A stretch of DNA of 63,991 nt, filler included, from Stramenopiles sp. TOSAG23-2 (GCA_900128395.1; 3 parts of 3 records of this genome joined end to end with filler, not necessarily neighbours in it), one strand, 5' to 3'; shown: positions 44,364-56,100, counted from the whole stretch's first letter. The notes: generated by a model from the letters alone, not told the origin. Made by a program: numbers and translations.

Positions 44364-45932
44364 ATGGGTTTCACTGATAAATACAATCAATTGATAATAA
44401 TAATAATAACTTTTTTCCTTATACTTTCAAAATTCAATAATTCTGCTGTTGTTACAAATGCAACACCTTCTATTTGTAACGGGAAAACGCACAATGTAGA
44501 TCATGAAGCGAAGAATATTTATGGATTGCAGTGTAAAAATGATGGCACAGATGATTGTATCGTGTGTTTTGAGTCATCAAATATTGTAATTTCAAAGAAT
44601 ATTAAATATGATATTTATTTTCTTTTGCACTATCATGATTATAGGAGTAGTTCTATGCAAACATTAAACATACCAACCTTTGTGCATGATATTGCAAATG
44701 AAAATGATGACAGAAGAACCACTATTTTTGCTTGTCATTTGCAGGCAAAAAATGCGGGCGATTTCAACTACAGTCACGTGTCAGATATAGAAATAAACGT
44801 AATTGATTCTGTAAACAAAATGCAAATAATGAAACGTAAATATGTAATATTATATCATGGCAAGAAAATTGGCATTCCTCTCATTGAAAATAAAAAACAA
44901 TTTCTTCATTTAGGAAGTGGTACGAATATTATTAAAAACAAAAGATCTACAGAAGAATGGTTTAATTTTGATTCTTTAATGGGATTAGGGGCTGATTGGG
45001 GGCAAGCTGGGCAACTAAGAACGAATGAAAATTTGATACGATGGAAAATTTCTGACACTCTAGCTTTCATACCATCCAATTCAATTGATTTAATATATAT
45101 GAATACTTTATTAAGCGTGGCATCCTTTCCGCAAACAATTGAAAATTTTAAAAGTGGAAATGGCACTAATTCTTTTTATTCTAGAAATACGCGTGCAGAT
45201 TCTGCATTTAAGGCCTTATTTCATGAAATATGTAAGTTTACTATGTGTGTTTTAATAGCTTTTTTTTCTACTGGCATTTTATATCCAACTGTGGCACGGA
45301 CTAACTCCAAATTTTTGATATTGATTATTATTACACATATGTGTCTAGATCGAGTACTAAAACCCAATACTGGTATGTTTAGAATTGGTGATCGAACAGG
45401 TCGGAATTTTAATTATAAATTAAAAGGGTACATACAAGATTTCTTTGCTATGGAATACAATATGACATTGCTTGAACATGGTCCTGCATCTACTAGCACA
45501 AATGCTGCTGATGTTTTTCATTTAATGACATCGGAATGTTTAGAATGTGCAAGAAAAGTTCTCTGTCCAGGATTGACTCCATCACTACGTCCAGATCATC
45601 CAGTCATTGTTGAAAAATTAAACACATATGGTTGGTCATCGTGTTGGATATGCCATGTTGAATTTTTCTATAAGTATGATAAACCTTTGAAAGATGTAAA
45701 TGAAAAAAACTGTATATATTATGATATTTCATCGGATCAAAGTACGTATATTTTTTATGGCAATACAAACATGTCTTATTGGGCAATCGAAGGAGTTAAA
45801 GGGAATGACTGGGAAAATATTCAACCATCATCACCAAATATTCGCTTTGACATCATGAAATGGCCATGTATTACAGAAGATGAATTTATATACGGGCGTA
45901 AAGCAGGTCATAGTTCTGATACTGAGTTGTAA
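44364..45932 (+). CDS. Signal-anchored/secreted class I SAM-dependent methyltransferase-like protein; exons 44364..45231 and 45349..45932
   Basis: N-terminal hydrophobic helix, motif I FLHLGSG and FIPSNSIDLIY. Removing the 117-nt intron (GTAAGT...GACTAAC...TCTAG) yields LFHEIYRVLKPNTG, the typical E-x-x-R-V-L-K-P motif. Confidence 0.7.
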   Translation: MGFTDKYNQLIIIIITFFLILSKFNNSAVVTNATPSICNGKTHNVDHEAKNIYGLQCKNDGTDDCIVCFESSNIVISKNIKYDIYFLLHYHDYRSSSMQTLNIPTFVHDIANENDDRRTTIFACHLQAKNAGDFNYSHVSDIEINVIDSVNKMQIMKRKYVILYHGKKIGIPLIENKKQFLHLGSGTNIIKNKRSTEEWFNFDSLMGLGADWGQAGQLRTNENLIRWKISDTLAFIPSNSIDLIYMNTLLSVASFPQTIENFKSGNGTNSFYSRNTRADSAFKALFHEICKFTMCVLIAFFSTGILYPTVARTNSKFLILIIITHMCLDRVLKPNTGMFRIGDRTGRNFNYKLKGYIQDFFAMEYNMTLLEHGPASTSTNAADVFHLMTSECLECARKVLCPGLTPSLRPDHPVIVEKLNTYGWSSCWICHVEFFYKYDKPLKDVNEKNCIYYDISSDQSTYIFYGNTNMSYWAIEGVKGNDWENIQPSSPNIRFDIMKWPCITEDEFIYGRKAGHSSDTEL

Positions 45933-45945
45933 ATTAATAATATGT

Positions 45946-45948
<3 letters not shown>

Positions 45949-45980
<32 letters not shown>
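45949..45980. repeat. (AC)16 microsatellite
   Basis: Direct reading, just downstream of the methyltransferase stop codon. Confidence 0.95.
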
Positions 45981-45982
<2 letters not shown>

Positions 45983-46073
45983 TTGCGTATTAAGTAAAGA
46001 AAATATTTTTTATTCGATCGCGTATAAAATATAAATATTAATTAAATTTAAAATATTAAAAATTAAATTAATG

Positions 46074-46259
46074 ATTGGTTAAAAATCTAAAAGTTATAAT
46101 AATTTTACACTTCCCGTGTTAAGTAAATTAAAATATATTTAATTAATAAAAATTTTATACTATAGAGTAGGATAGAATATTATTCTTGCGATTGAGTATT
46201 GAGCATATTACTTAACACGGGAAGTGTAAAATTATTATTAACTTAGATTTTTAACCAAT
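46074..46259. mobile_element. MITE-like element with about 52-bp terminal inverted repeats
   Basis: ATTGGTTAAAAATCTAA...ACACTTCCCGTGTTAAGTAA (46074-46126) pairs with TTACTTAACACGGGAAGTGT...TTAGATTTTTAACCAAT (46208-46259). A related sequence lies at about 43828-43905. Confidence 0.65.
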
Positions 46260-46417
46260 ACATTTATATAATTAATAATATTCGTACGTAATATTATATT
46301 ATTTCTCCTTACTCATATATATTATTACTGAACCGTATATTAAAATATTTTAATAAAAATATACGATTCGTATATAATCTCTTTGCAGAATAATTTTACA
46401 CGCCGAGAACATTTTTT

Positions 46418-47113
46418 TTATGTTGATTTCTGTTGTGTTGATTTCTGTTGTACTGATTTCAAAAACATTCTTTCTCGTACCACACATATTTTATTTCTTT
46501 TAACAACGATATTTAATGTGATTGGTTGTTTGATTCTATTACTAATCTGAGGTGATGACGGGCGTTTGATAATAAAAGAAGATGATTCGTTGATTATATT
46601 TGAAAATATTTTTGGCTGAATAATTTGTCTTAGTTTTGGATGAGATAAAAATGCTTCTCTATTTCCATCTCCATTTTCATCAAAAACAAATGCTTTCATC
46701 AACTCTAGTCGCTTAATTACACCCTTTTTTTTTTTATCTACATTTGCAAAAACCCTTTTCACTTGTGATTCAATATTATTTTCCCAATATTTTGATGTTC
46801 GGTAACGTTTTAATGGTGAAATACTTGATTTACTACTCTTATTTAACTTTCCAGTTTTATTGTCGTTGTTGTTGTCATTACCATCCGTTCCCTTCTTAGG
46901 TGGTGGGGATGGTTTTAAACTATTTTTTAATAATTTTTTTTTAACAACTCGTTCGTAATAGCTTTTCGATGTTGATAAATCTGGTTTAAAATTTGGTTTA
47001 GATCTTTCATTGTATACCTTATCACGTTTTGCTAATGATTTTTTACCTGTTTCATATAATCGTTTGTATGCATTATTCTTTTTATGGTATGGAAAAATTA
47101 AATAATGAAACTC
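46418..47113 (-). CDS. Hypothetical exon with a degenerate EF-hand-like segment
   Basis: The frame stays open upstream of the listed GTG as far as a TTTAG (stop or splice acceptor) at about 47114. It contains VFANVDKKKKGVIKRLELMKAF. No ATG was found. Confidence 0.35.
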   Translation of the reverse strand, partial: EFHYLIFPYHKKNNAYKRLYETGKKSLAKRDKVYNERSKPNFKPDLSTSKSYYERVVKKKLLKNSLKPSPPPKKGTDGNDNNNDNKTGKLNKSSKSSISPLKRYRTSKYWENNIESQVKRVFANVDKKKKGVIKRLELMKAFVFDENGDGNREAFLSHPKLRQIIQPKIFSNIINESSSFIIKRPSSPQISNRIKQPITLNIVVKRNKICVVRERMFLKSVQQKSTQQKST

Positions 47114-47796
47114 CTAAATTGAAAGGATATATATATCGGGGCCTCACTCAACATTCTTTTTTACAAAATAATATAGATGAAACAACATCCTACTATGCGA
47201 AAATAAAAAGAGCGAAAGGTAGCAAAGTTGATAATGTCACTACGCTTGGGCGGCCAGTACAAGATAGATCTATTGTTTATACGCCTAGTCCTCGTAAACC
47301 GAAATTTAGAAGTCATTTGAAACAATCTGGGGATAATAAATCATACATGGAACAACCATCGGTAGTAATATTTAGCAAAAACATGAAATATGATAAACCG
47401 TTATATAATGATCAAAGGAGATTAAAACAAGATGAACTTAAAGAAGCAATGTTACGATCTGAAAAATTGACAAATGATTTCTTAAATTATTCTAATGAAA
47501 TCGTTAAAAAGCGTACGAATGATCTTAATAACAAAATACTTTCTGCTTTTGGTGGCAGCAAAAGTACGGATCTTGGAGGGAAACAGTTTAGTATGCCAGA
47601 TCCTTTATTTTTAATGTCAGCATTGGTATCTAGAGTCCCAGGTAATACTAATGATGGAATTGGTGGTGGTGGTATGGAGATTGTATATAAAGAGATAGAA
47701 GAAAAGAAAACAATGAAAGATCGTGTAGAAGAAAGACATGCAAAATATTACCATAATGTTATCAAAGGACAAATACACAATCATACAGTAAGATAG
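47089..47796 (+). CDS. Hypothetical protein
   Basis: Long ORF with coding-like composition and a probable ATG at 47089 (MEKLNNETPK). No family recognised. Confidence 0.5.
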   Translation: MEKLNNETPKLKGYIYRGLTQHSFLQNNIDETTSYYAKIKRAKGSKVDNVTTLGRPVQDRSIVYTPSPRKPKFRSHLKQSGDNKSYMEQPSVVIFSKNMKYDKPLYNDQRRLKQDELKEAMLRSEKLTNDFLNYSNEIVKKRTNDLNNKILSAFGGSKSTDLGGKQFSMPDPLFLMSALVSRVPGNTNDGIGGGGMEIVYKEIEEKKTMKDRVEERHAKYYHNVIKGQIHNHTVR

Positions 47797-48029
47797 AGCG
47801 TGTGTGTGGTGAAAAAAGGGTAAATTTTTTTTTTAACATTCTACCTGTACCTTAATTTTTTGCACACATAATTATATAATTCGTATGATGTGTAAAAATT
47901 TATATAATATCAAGGAATTCTTAATTCTTGTACTGAGCACACACAAACACAAACACAAGCTCTGTTTTTTGTATTTTACACACACACAGAGAGTGGCTAT
48001 ACTCCTCTTGACGACTATCACCACACCTG

Positions 48030-49073
48030 TTAGTACCTCCCACCATATCGTTGATTTAATGAAAAATTACATGTATGTTTTAAAGGACATATAGTACATT
48101 TTGGCTTCTTTGTAGTACACACAAGTTGTCCAAATCCAACAATGTTTTGTGTTGATTTTGCCCATTGCCCTTTTGGCCACCATTTTCCTAATTGTTTGCT
48201 AAGTTCATTTGGCCCCATTTCTTTTGTACCCCATCCTATACGTTTAGTTACTCGATATACATTACTATCAACAACAACGCCAGTATTATCAATATGAAAT
48301 AAAACAGATCGTATTAAATGTGCAATTTTTGGACCAACGCCTGGTAATTTAAGCAAAGATTTATAGTCTGAAGGAACTTGACTATTAAAATCTTCCAACA
48401 AAATTTTTGCTATTCCTTTCGTAAATTTTGCTTTATTGTTTTTGAAATTAACTGTTTTAACACTGTCCTCTATATCTTCAATGCTTGCAAGATGACAAGA
48501 TTTAATCGTTTGGAATTTCTTTTCAAAAACTTTAGCTGCTGCTAAGGCTACTTTATCTAAACATTGTGTAGATAACATAGCTGCTATAACACCATGAAAT
48601 AAGCTGTCAACAGATGTATCATTATTGCTAGCTTTTTCATCTAAATATTTACGAAAATTATCCACTGATGCATTACCATTTTTTCTTTCGCGATATTCAG
48701 CTATGTCTTCTAACTGTTCTAGAAAAAGTTTAAAATTAGTAGGACTGATACTATTATTATTATTATCATTATCATATTTAACTTTTTTTTTTTTATTTAA
48801 ATTGGTATACTTATTATTCTCATATTCTATTGTTGGCCTTTTTTTTTTCAATTGAAAAGAATTCTTGACATTATTATTATTGATATGATTATTGGTGCTA
48901 TTGGTGTTGAATATACTTGCTGTAGCAGTTGTATTTGAATTTAAATTTGTGTGTTGAATTTGAGAAATAGTAGTAGTGGTGGTAGTAGCACCACGATATG
49001 CAAATGCTGCAAATGGGTTTAGTTCTTCTTCATTATTGTCTGATTCATCACTGTCATTTCCTAACGAAGACAT
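48030..49073 (-). CDS. NTH1: Endonuclease III-like DNA glycosylase/AP lyase (HhH-GPD, 4Fe-4S)
   Basis: Motifs MLSTQ, HhH LLKLPGVGPKIA with the catalytic Lys, VVVDSNVYRV, and the FeS motif CTTKKPKCTICPLKHTC. The N-terminus is Asn-rich. Confidence 0.92.
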   Translation of the reverse strand: MSSLGNDSDESDNNEEELNPFAAFAYRGATTTTTTISQIQHTNLNSNTTATASIFNTNSTNNHINNNNVKNSFQLKKKRPTIEYENNKYTNLNKKKKVKYDNDNNNNSISPTNFKLFLEQLEDIAEYRERKNGNASVDNFRKYLDEKASNNDTSVDSLFHGVIAAMLSTQCLDKVALAAAKVFEKKFQTIKSCHLASIEDIEDSVKTVNFKNNKAKFTKGIAKILLEDFNSQVPSDYKSLLKLPGVGPKIAHLIRSVLFHIDNTGVVVDSNVYRVTKRIGWGTKEMGPNELSKQLGKWWPKGQWAKSTQNIVGFGQLVCTTKKPKCTICPLKHTCNFSLNQRYGGRY

Positions 49074-49251
49074 ATTGTTTTGATAAATTTTCTGTTGAAG
49101 ACATATAATATTGGTATATGATTGATTTAAAATGAAACAATTTTTATTTTTATATGTAGTCTAATTAAAATATAAATTAAATGTGTTTTTTCCGGATTAT
49201 TGAAATTATTTATTATTTCAGGTATTCTGGTATTCACACACATACTAGAGG

Positions 49252-49471
49252 TAGGTTTTGTGGAAGGATTTTTTAGCAGGGGCGTATTATTAGACGAGCA
49301 AAGTATTTTAGCACGTGGATAAGATTATTCCGCCGCCCAAGTAAGCCTTTTCCTAGAGTCAAGACACCTGCGGCCTACCACGGTGGTATGTGCGCATGCG
49401 ATGCTACCCGCCTGCTAGGTTTTCTAATTTTGTGAAGATTTTTTAGTAAGGGCGTATCATTGTACGCGCAA
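49252..49471. repeat. Dispersed repeat, copy 1 (about 1.4 units of a ~165-bp GC-richer element)
   Basis: GATAAGATTA..CCGCC.CCCAAGTAA..TTCCTAGAGTCAAGAC..CCTGCGGCCTA..GCGATGCTACCCGC.TGCTAGG..GATTTTTTAG.A.GGGCGTATCATT is shared with 51879-52038. Confidence 0.85.
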
Positions 49472-49817
49472 GCCTTATTAATACCACCAGGTAGGGCAAG
49501 GTTGTTGTTTGTTGGAGAATGGGGAATTACTGTAATAGAATGGGCTGGAAGGCCAGCCAGGCTGTCCAGCTGTCCCGGCTGCATGCCCGGCCCGGCTGTC
49601 CAGCTGTCTTATAGAACTTATCCGGTATAAACCTTGATATATATCTTCAAGAAATGAAAATGTGTGCCTTTTTCCTGGATACAGTACACTTCATATTCTG
49701 TTCAACACAAATACATATATATATATAGCTTTTCAATATAAATTTATCAACACTTTCTACAACATTAATAACTAAAGAAATAAACATATACATTTTACAA
49801 TTACATATATATATACT

Positions 49818-51253
49818 ATGCATAGAATAAAAATCGATGAAAATAATCCTGAAAGTGATTATGAGAGATATTTATTTGATCCTAAAGCGGAATTAAAAGA
49901 TGTTCCAAAATTTCTAAAGATAAAATATCCAAGAGATTTATCGTATGATAAACAACGCCCTAAATATAAACGATTTATGGTCATGAAAACATTAAAAAGG
50001 CCTAAAACAGCAGCGGAGAAAGATTCTGTGATTGCAAATGCAATGCTTAAAGATAGATTTCATGAGGAAGGACTTGTTGATCCATACAATTTTGCAGAAA
50101 GATCATCGAAAGAGTTTTGGAGCGCTGGTGGTGGTGAAAATTATTTTAAGTTCGATGCATGGTGTGGAAGAGAAAGGCCGCCACCTCATTTAGTCTTGAC
50201 AGAAGGGGAGAAGGCATTATTAAGCAGTACTAGTGCAAAGACTGATACCAAAAATACTAAAAACAATAAAATTAAATTGTCTCCAATAAAAAAGCAAGAT
50301 ATTAGCAACAAACGGAGAAGTAAAAAGAGTCCAAGTATAGTGTACATGCAACGGCCACGTACATCAGGTAGTGATACTACATCTAAAGGCCGTATCACAA
50401 GTCGTAAATTGCCACGTGCACCGCAACCAATTTTAAAAACAGTATCAAGATTTGGTGGTGAAATTGATCCATATGGCATACAACTAAGAGATTTATGGGA
50501 AAATGATTCTGTCCCATCATTAGGTGAAAAATCAACCTCTCGCTTCAATTCACATTTTAATAGCAATTTAAATGGTACATCATCTCTTGGATCTTTATCA
50601 TCTTCTATTTCGTTATCTGAATTGAACTTTAATGAAATGAAAGAGGAAAAAAACTTAAATATTGAAAATAATAATGCTAAAAATCATAATAATAATAATA
50701 AAAGAAGGAAAAAGAAATTAACAGAAGAAGAAGAAGAAATGGAATTGAAAATAGAAACATTTAAATCATTTATAAAACCTGTTGTTCCCGAGCACCAATT
50801 AGAAGTTGGCGATTTAATCGAGTTACATACTATTGATCATCAATTGACAGGCAAATGGAGACGTGCGCGTATTGTAGCTTTAAAAAATGGTGGTAACGTG
50901 ATCCAAATAAGACCGTGAAGAATTTAAAATGGTATAGAGAGCAACAAATGAAAAACATTGTAACACCCCGTGAAATAACTGTTGCTAGAGCGCAACGATC
51001 TGGTAAATTATTTAGGAATGAAGTGAAAACAGCAAGAAGCGAAACAGATAAATTAGCGAAACAGATAAAAAGGTCACGAAAAGTAAAGCAAATTATTGAA
51101 AATAATTTTGGTGAAGAATTTAATTCATTAAATAGGCAATTGGCAGAAGCAGTGGAAGCACGTAAAGCATCTAATGGCAAATTAGCTGCATTAGTACAAC
51201 TTGCGAAAGACGTTCGAGAAGAACGTCAAGCTGAAGCTGAAATGAAACAATAA
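49818..51253 (+). CDS. Hypothetical protein split into two frames (49818-50918 and 50915-51253); Tudor/Agenet-like segment then a coiled coil
   Basis: Two abutting ORFs. The second frame opens at about 50897 (RDPNKTVKNLKWY), which suggests a small indel. LEVGDLIEL..KWRRARIVAL is Tudor-like. Confidence 0.5.
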
Positions 51254-51878
51254 AAATATATCACATTTGATGGGGGAGGAAATATAAAATAATAATTTTT
51301 TTTATTAGTAGTAATAATACAATTGCACAATTGGTTGCAATTGCTGCAATTATTTTAAATATTTTTAAGCAGCACTATTTTAATATTTTTGAGGCTATTA
51401 AAATATATAGATATATAATTGTATCTTAGTATACTATATCTAAGTAGTTGTTTGTATTGATCTTACGCACCTTAATAAATCTCATTCCGCAGGTCTCCTC
51501 ATAGTACAGTAGCTACTCAGTACTGTACAGTACAGTCTACAAACTGTGCGCCCTCGTCAATATTCACAAAACCTTAATGTTTCTGTGCTGTGTCCCCTAC
51601 CACCAACTTTCGGGCTCTCACGCGTTTACAATAGCATTACGCTTACGGACAAAACTCCTAAAACAGGTAAAATAAGTACGAAAATGTGCCGTAGCATTCA
51701 CCACACCGGTTTGCCTATCATATTGTACCGCTTAAAAATATCCGCGACTGGTTCATTAGCACTCACACAGTATGGAGAGTTTTTCTATTCGGACCGATAC
51801 ATCTAAAAAAAGACTTGTACAACATAAAAATAGTATTGCAAACAACAACCCGAATCGGTGAAAAAAGAATCCGCCTTC

Positions 51879-52038
51879 GATAAGATTATGCCGCCACCCA
51901 AGTAACATGTTTCCTAGAGTCAAGACTTCCTGCGGCCTATGTGCGCGTGCGATGCTACCCGCATGCTAGGGTTTCTAATTTTGTGAACGATTTTTTAGCA
52001 GGGGCGTATCATTGGACGCGCAAAGAGTCTTAGCACGT
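51879..52038. repeat. Dispersed repeat, copy 2
   Basis: Direct, diverged copy of 49318-49471 plus the 49267-49316 segment. Confidence 0.85.
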
Positions 52039-52483
52039 TTTTGGTTTTGGAGGAGAGGCGAGACTATGGGAAGGGTGTAGTCTGTGTCCCTATGTGTAGG
52101 GGATTCTCTATGGTGTGACAATGCTATGGTTTGATACCTTTAAACGAGGAAAGTGGTTCGTTTTTTCGTAGAAAAAAATATTTATTATATTAAAAAGAAG
52201 GGGAGGGCACCCTGTTACCCTGTTGTTTACTACAGTGTTTTTAATACTAACAACAAGACAATATATATATTTACACAAGAAATAGACTGACTGAGGCAGA
52301 AACGTCAAAACAAACAAAGAAAATCGAAAGAAGAATTAAAACAATCAAGGAAGTTTTATAAAATTTACTGCGGTGTTGAACATTTACGTGCGCGGTGTTT
52401 TAAAAAAGCAAGAGGATATTTTCAAACAAGGTTGAGAATAGTTTTGATCGAGACGATCGAAAATACTTTTTTTTGTTGATACA

Positions 52484-55243
52484 ATGAAACAAGTTCGTGT
52501 ATTGATAATATGTTTGTTGTTACTATCTGTTGTTAGTGGTAAGGATGTTACTTGTGAAGCTGGTGAAGGTGTTCCAAGTGGAAAGATATTTACATCTGGT
52601 TTAGCATCAGAATGTAGTGGTATATCTAAAATAACAACAGAAGCAGAATGTAAATTAGCAGCTGAATATAATAGGAAGAATAATATTGATAAAAATGTAG
52701 GATTTAGAGGCCGATGGAGTAGGTCGGATGTTCCTCCTGGATGTTTTTATAGTGATTATAGTAAGAAATATTGGTGGAATGACGACACAAAAGCAACAGG
52801 ACAATGTAGTGATAGTTATAAATGTATATGCAAAACAAAAACATGTACCAAATGCCCAATCAATACACTAAAATAACAACAGAAGCAGAATGTAAATTAG
52901 CAGCTGAATATAATAGTAAGAACAATATTGATAAAAATAAAGGATATGGAGGCCGAAGAAGTATTTATTCGGGGAATTTACCACCACCTGGATGTTATTA
53001 TAGTGGTGTGTGGCATGATAAATATTGGTTTAATGACAAGTTTGCACTTGTCGCAATAATCGGAAGCAAATGTAGTGATAGATTTAAATGTATATGCAAA
53101 CCAAAAACATGTATCAAATGCCCAATCAATACATATAGTGAAGGTGGTATCAATCCAGTATATCTAAAATAACAACAGAAGCAGAATGTAAATTAGCAGC
53201 TGAATATAATAGTAAGAATAATATTGATAAAAATGTAGGATATGGAGGCCGAAGGAGTTTGTCGTATGAACCACCTGGATGTTTTTATACCCCTGGTGGT
53301 TATAATAAATATTATTTTAATGACATCACAAAATCAAGAGGAAAATGTAGTACTATTGGTAAATGTATATGCAAACCAAAAACATGTATCAAATGCCCAA
53401 TCAATACATATAGTGAAGGTGGTATCAATCCAACATGTACACCATGTCCAAAACCAAAAAGAGTAGTAGTCGATGGAAAAGCTGCGTTAAATGTAAATTG
53501 TGTATCAAGTTGCCCATCTGGTTATGGGTACCATAAAAAAAAAAAAATGGTCAGACAAGTTGCATACAATGTCAGAAAAACCATGCTAGTAAAGGTGGTG
53601 ATATGAAATGTGAAGCATGTTCTGATGGCAAACGATCAGACAAAGGTGCATCTGAATGCGTGCAAGGTGAAATTATAGATGAAATAGATGGTAAACTTGA
53701 GAAAATTTTCAAACGATTAGATGCACAAAAAGAAAAACAAAACGATTTATCAATTAAAAATTCACGTTTATGGCAAAAAGAACAAATACGTTTACAACAT
53801 GACAAAATCATGCAAGCACGTAAAGAACAAGATGATAAAGACGAAAAAAAATCATGTGAAACACAACGTTTAAAAGGTACTGTTATTTTCCCTGCAATTG
53901 AAATATCAAATGAAATTGAAAAGATTGAAGATACAACATGCATTGATACCAATCGTGATGAATTATTAAAATCATTTTGTTCTTTTACATCTGATTTAGA
54001 TAATTTATTTCAAATTCAATCTATTGATAGAGAAGCAAAGTCGTTTTGGCCAAATATATGTTGTAAAGAACGGAATGATAAAACATTAGAAGTTTGTGAA
54101 GACCCAACTGGAAAGATAAAACGTCAAAATATTATACCCTTTGCATTATCGCAAGGAGGTGATTATAGTCGCCATAATTTATACGTAGAAGTGACTGATA
54201 CCATAAAAAAAAATGGTTATTTGCACAAAGGTATGAAGAAGTTACTACGCTCGCTTGGTAAAAGTAAAACAAGACATGCAAACGAATTAGTCAATTCATT
54301 TTTCAACGATGTATCTTTATGTGGCCCACGTATAATGGATGCACCGGGTGCAAAGGAGAAAACGAAATTATGTGAATTGTTTGTGCCATATAAGCGTGCG
54401 ATGACGAACTTTTACAACTTAATTAAAAGTTTGTACATGCAACCAATGAAAATCCAGACCTCATCGTTTTTAGAGACCGTGGAAAAATCGTTACGTAAAC
54501 GTTCGACTGTCAAACGCATAGGAAAAAACAATATACAAAACATGATACAAATGAAACCAATGCCAAAAGCAGCAGCAGAAAAATGTACTGGCGGCTCTAA
54601 ATTTGTCTCATCAGAGCTGAAGCAGAGGAAAACGGCGTTTTGTCATGGATACAACCATTTGGATTTAAGTGATACCAACGTCAAAAATGTGGCGGTCCAT
54701 TATTTGAAAAATGACATTGCTTACAATGATACAGAAATGTTTCGTTTATCTGAACAGCTGCGGTATCAAGTAACAGACACATCCTGCCCTGCGCCATTGT
54801 TTACGGCAAACGATATATCCATACAGCAGGTTGCGATGGATGTATTGGGAAAGGAGAAAGAATGGGTTGCCGTGATTAATTTGAACACCGAAGATAAAAA
54901 TGGGTATTTACAAAGTGAATTGCCGTATTGCGAGTCAAAACCGCATCTAATTGGTGCAAAAACAACCGTTAAAGCCTATGTGGATAATGACAATGATTGT
55001 AATGGGCTGGTTGATTATGAGAAATGTAAAGATAATTGTATAAAAGAATGTAGTTTTGGAAAAACTACAGAATCATCGTCGTATTGTGACACAAGTTGTG
55101 AAAAGAAATTGGAGCCATTGAAAGACAAACGCCACAAGCACTATTCCAAAGACGTGGTGTTGACGGGAACGCAATACACGGTGAAGAGTTCACATGTGAG
55201 TAGGAGGAGGCGGTTGTTACAGTACGGTCGAGGTGGTTGTTGA
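52484..55243 (+). pseudogene. Secreted Cys-rich repeat protein gene broken by frameshifts (pseudogene or mis-assembly)
   Basis: Signal peptide MKQVRVLIICLLLLSVVSG. Three ITTEAECKLAA...PPGC..CICK modules start at about 52620, 52868 and 53158, with out-of-frame junctions. An A13 run at 53535-53547 shifts the frame into the 546-aa ORF that ends RRRRLLQYGRGGC. Confidence 0.7.
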
Positions 55244-55278
55244 AAGTGTGTAGTTTGTAAAATTATATTTTCTTACGC

Positions 55279-55577
55279 TAGGAAATAAAAATGGTTGTTT
55301 TAACTATAAATGTTATTATTCTTGCAGAATATTCGTACAGTAGCGAATCCGGACATCCGGACAACTTAGATAGGAAATGAAAATGGTTGATTTAACTATA
55401 AATGTTATTACTCTATAGAAATATTCGTAGCGAATTCGGACAACTTAGATAGGAAATGAAAATGGCTGATTTAACTATAAATGTTATTACAAATATTCGT
55501 AGCGTATTGATAGGAGGTGAAATGTTCCAATATAAGTATAAAAAACATTATTCTTGCAGAATATTCTTATCGAATTC
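55279..55577. repeat. Degenerate tandem repeat (about 4 units of 60-90 bp)
   Basis: Recurring TAGGAAATGAAAATGGTTGATTTAACTATAAATGTTATTA...AATATTCGTAGCGAAT.CGGACAACTTAGA. Confidence 0.85.
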
Positions 55578-56100
55578 TGTACCTTATTTTCTAGAATAAA
55601 ATTCCAACATCTCCTTTTCTCAAAAGTATACGAAATAATTCTATTTAAGTACGATTATTCAACCGTGTGATAGGCTCCCTACAGGTTTTTAGTAGTTTAA
55701 GGAGTTTGGTGGAAAAAAGCACGAAAGGACGGTGAAAATAAAATATGTCATAGCATACAAATAGGCTTACGATGTTGACTTTCTTTTTGGTATTTATTAT
55801 TACCAAGGGAGCCCTCACTCTCTACGAAGGAAATACCATTGAGAGAGGGGCTGTTAGGGGTGGGGACACAGCACAGTAGCTCTCTGGCTCTCTATGCAAA
55901 GCGGCGAGGCACTCGACTACCTTCTCCCCAGATCTCATCATATAATATATTAACCCGAAGATAGATATGTGCATATACTCAGTTGGAAAAAATGGAAAAA
56001 AAGAAAGACAAACACATAACAGTAGAGAGAGTAAATTTATATATACGTACATGTACATATATGTATATATATATATACATATATCACCTTATCTATAAAT

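Noticed and set aside
55279-55577. CRISPR-like array
   Set aside because: The units are degenerate tandem copies without unique spacers, there are no cas genes, and the context is eukaryotic.
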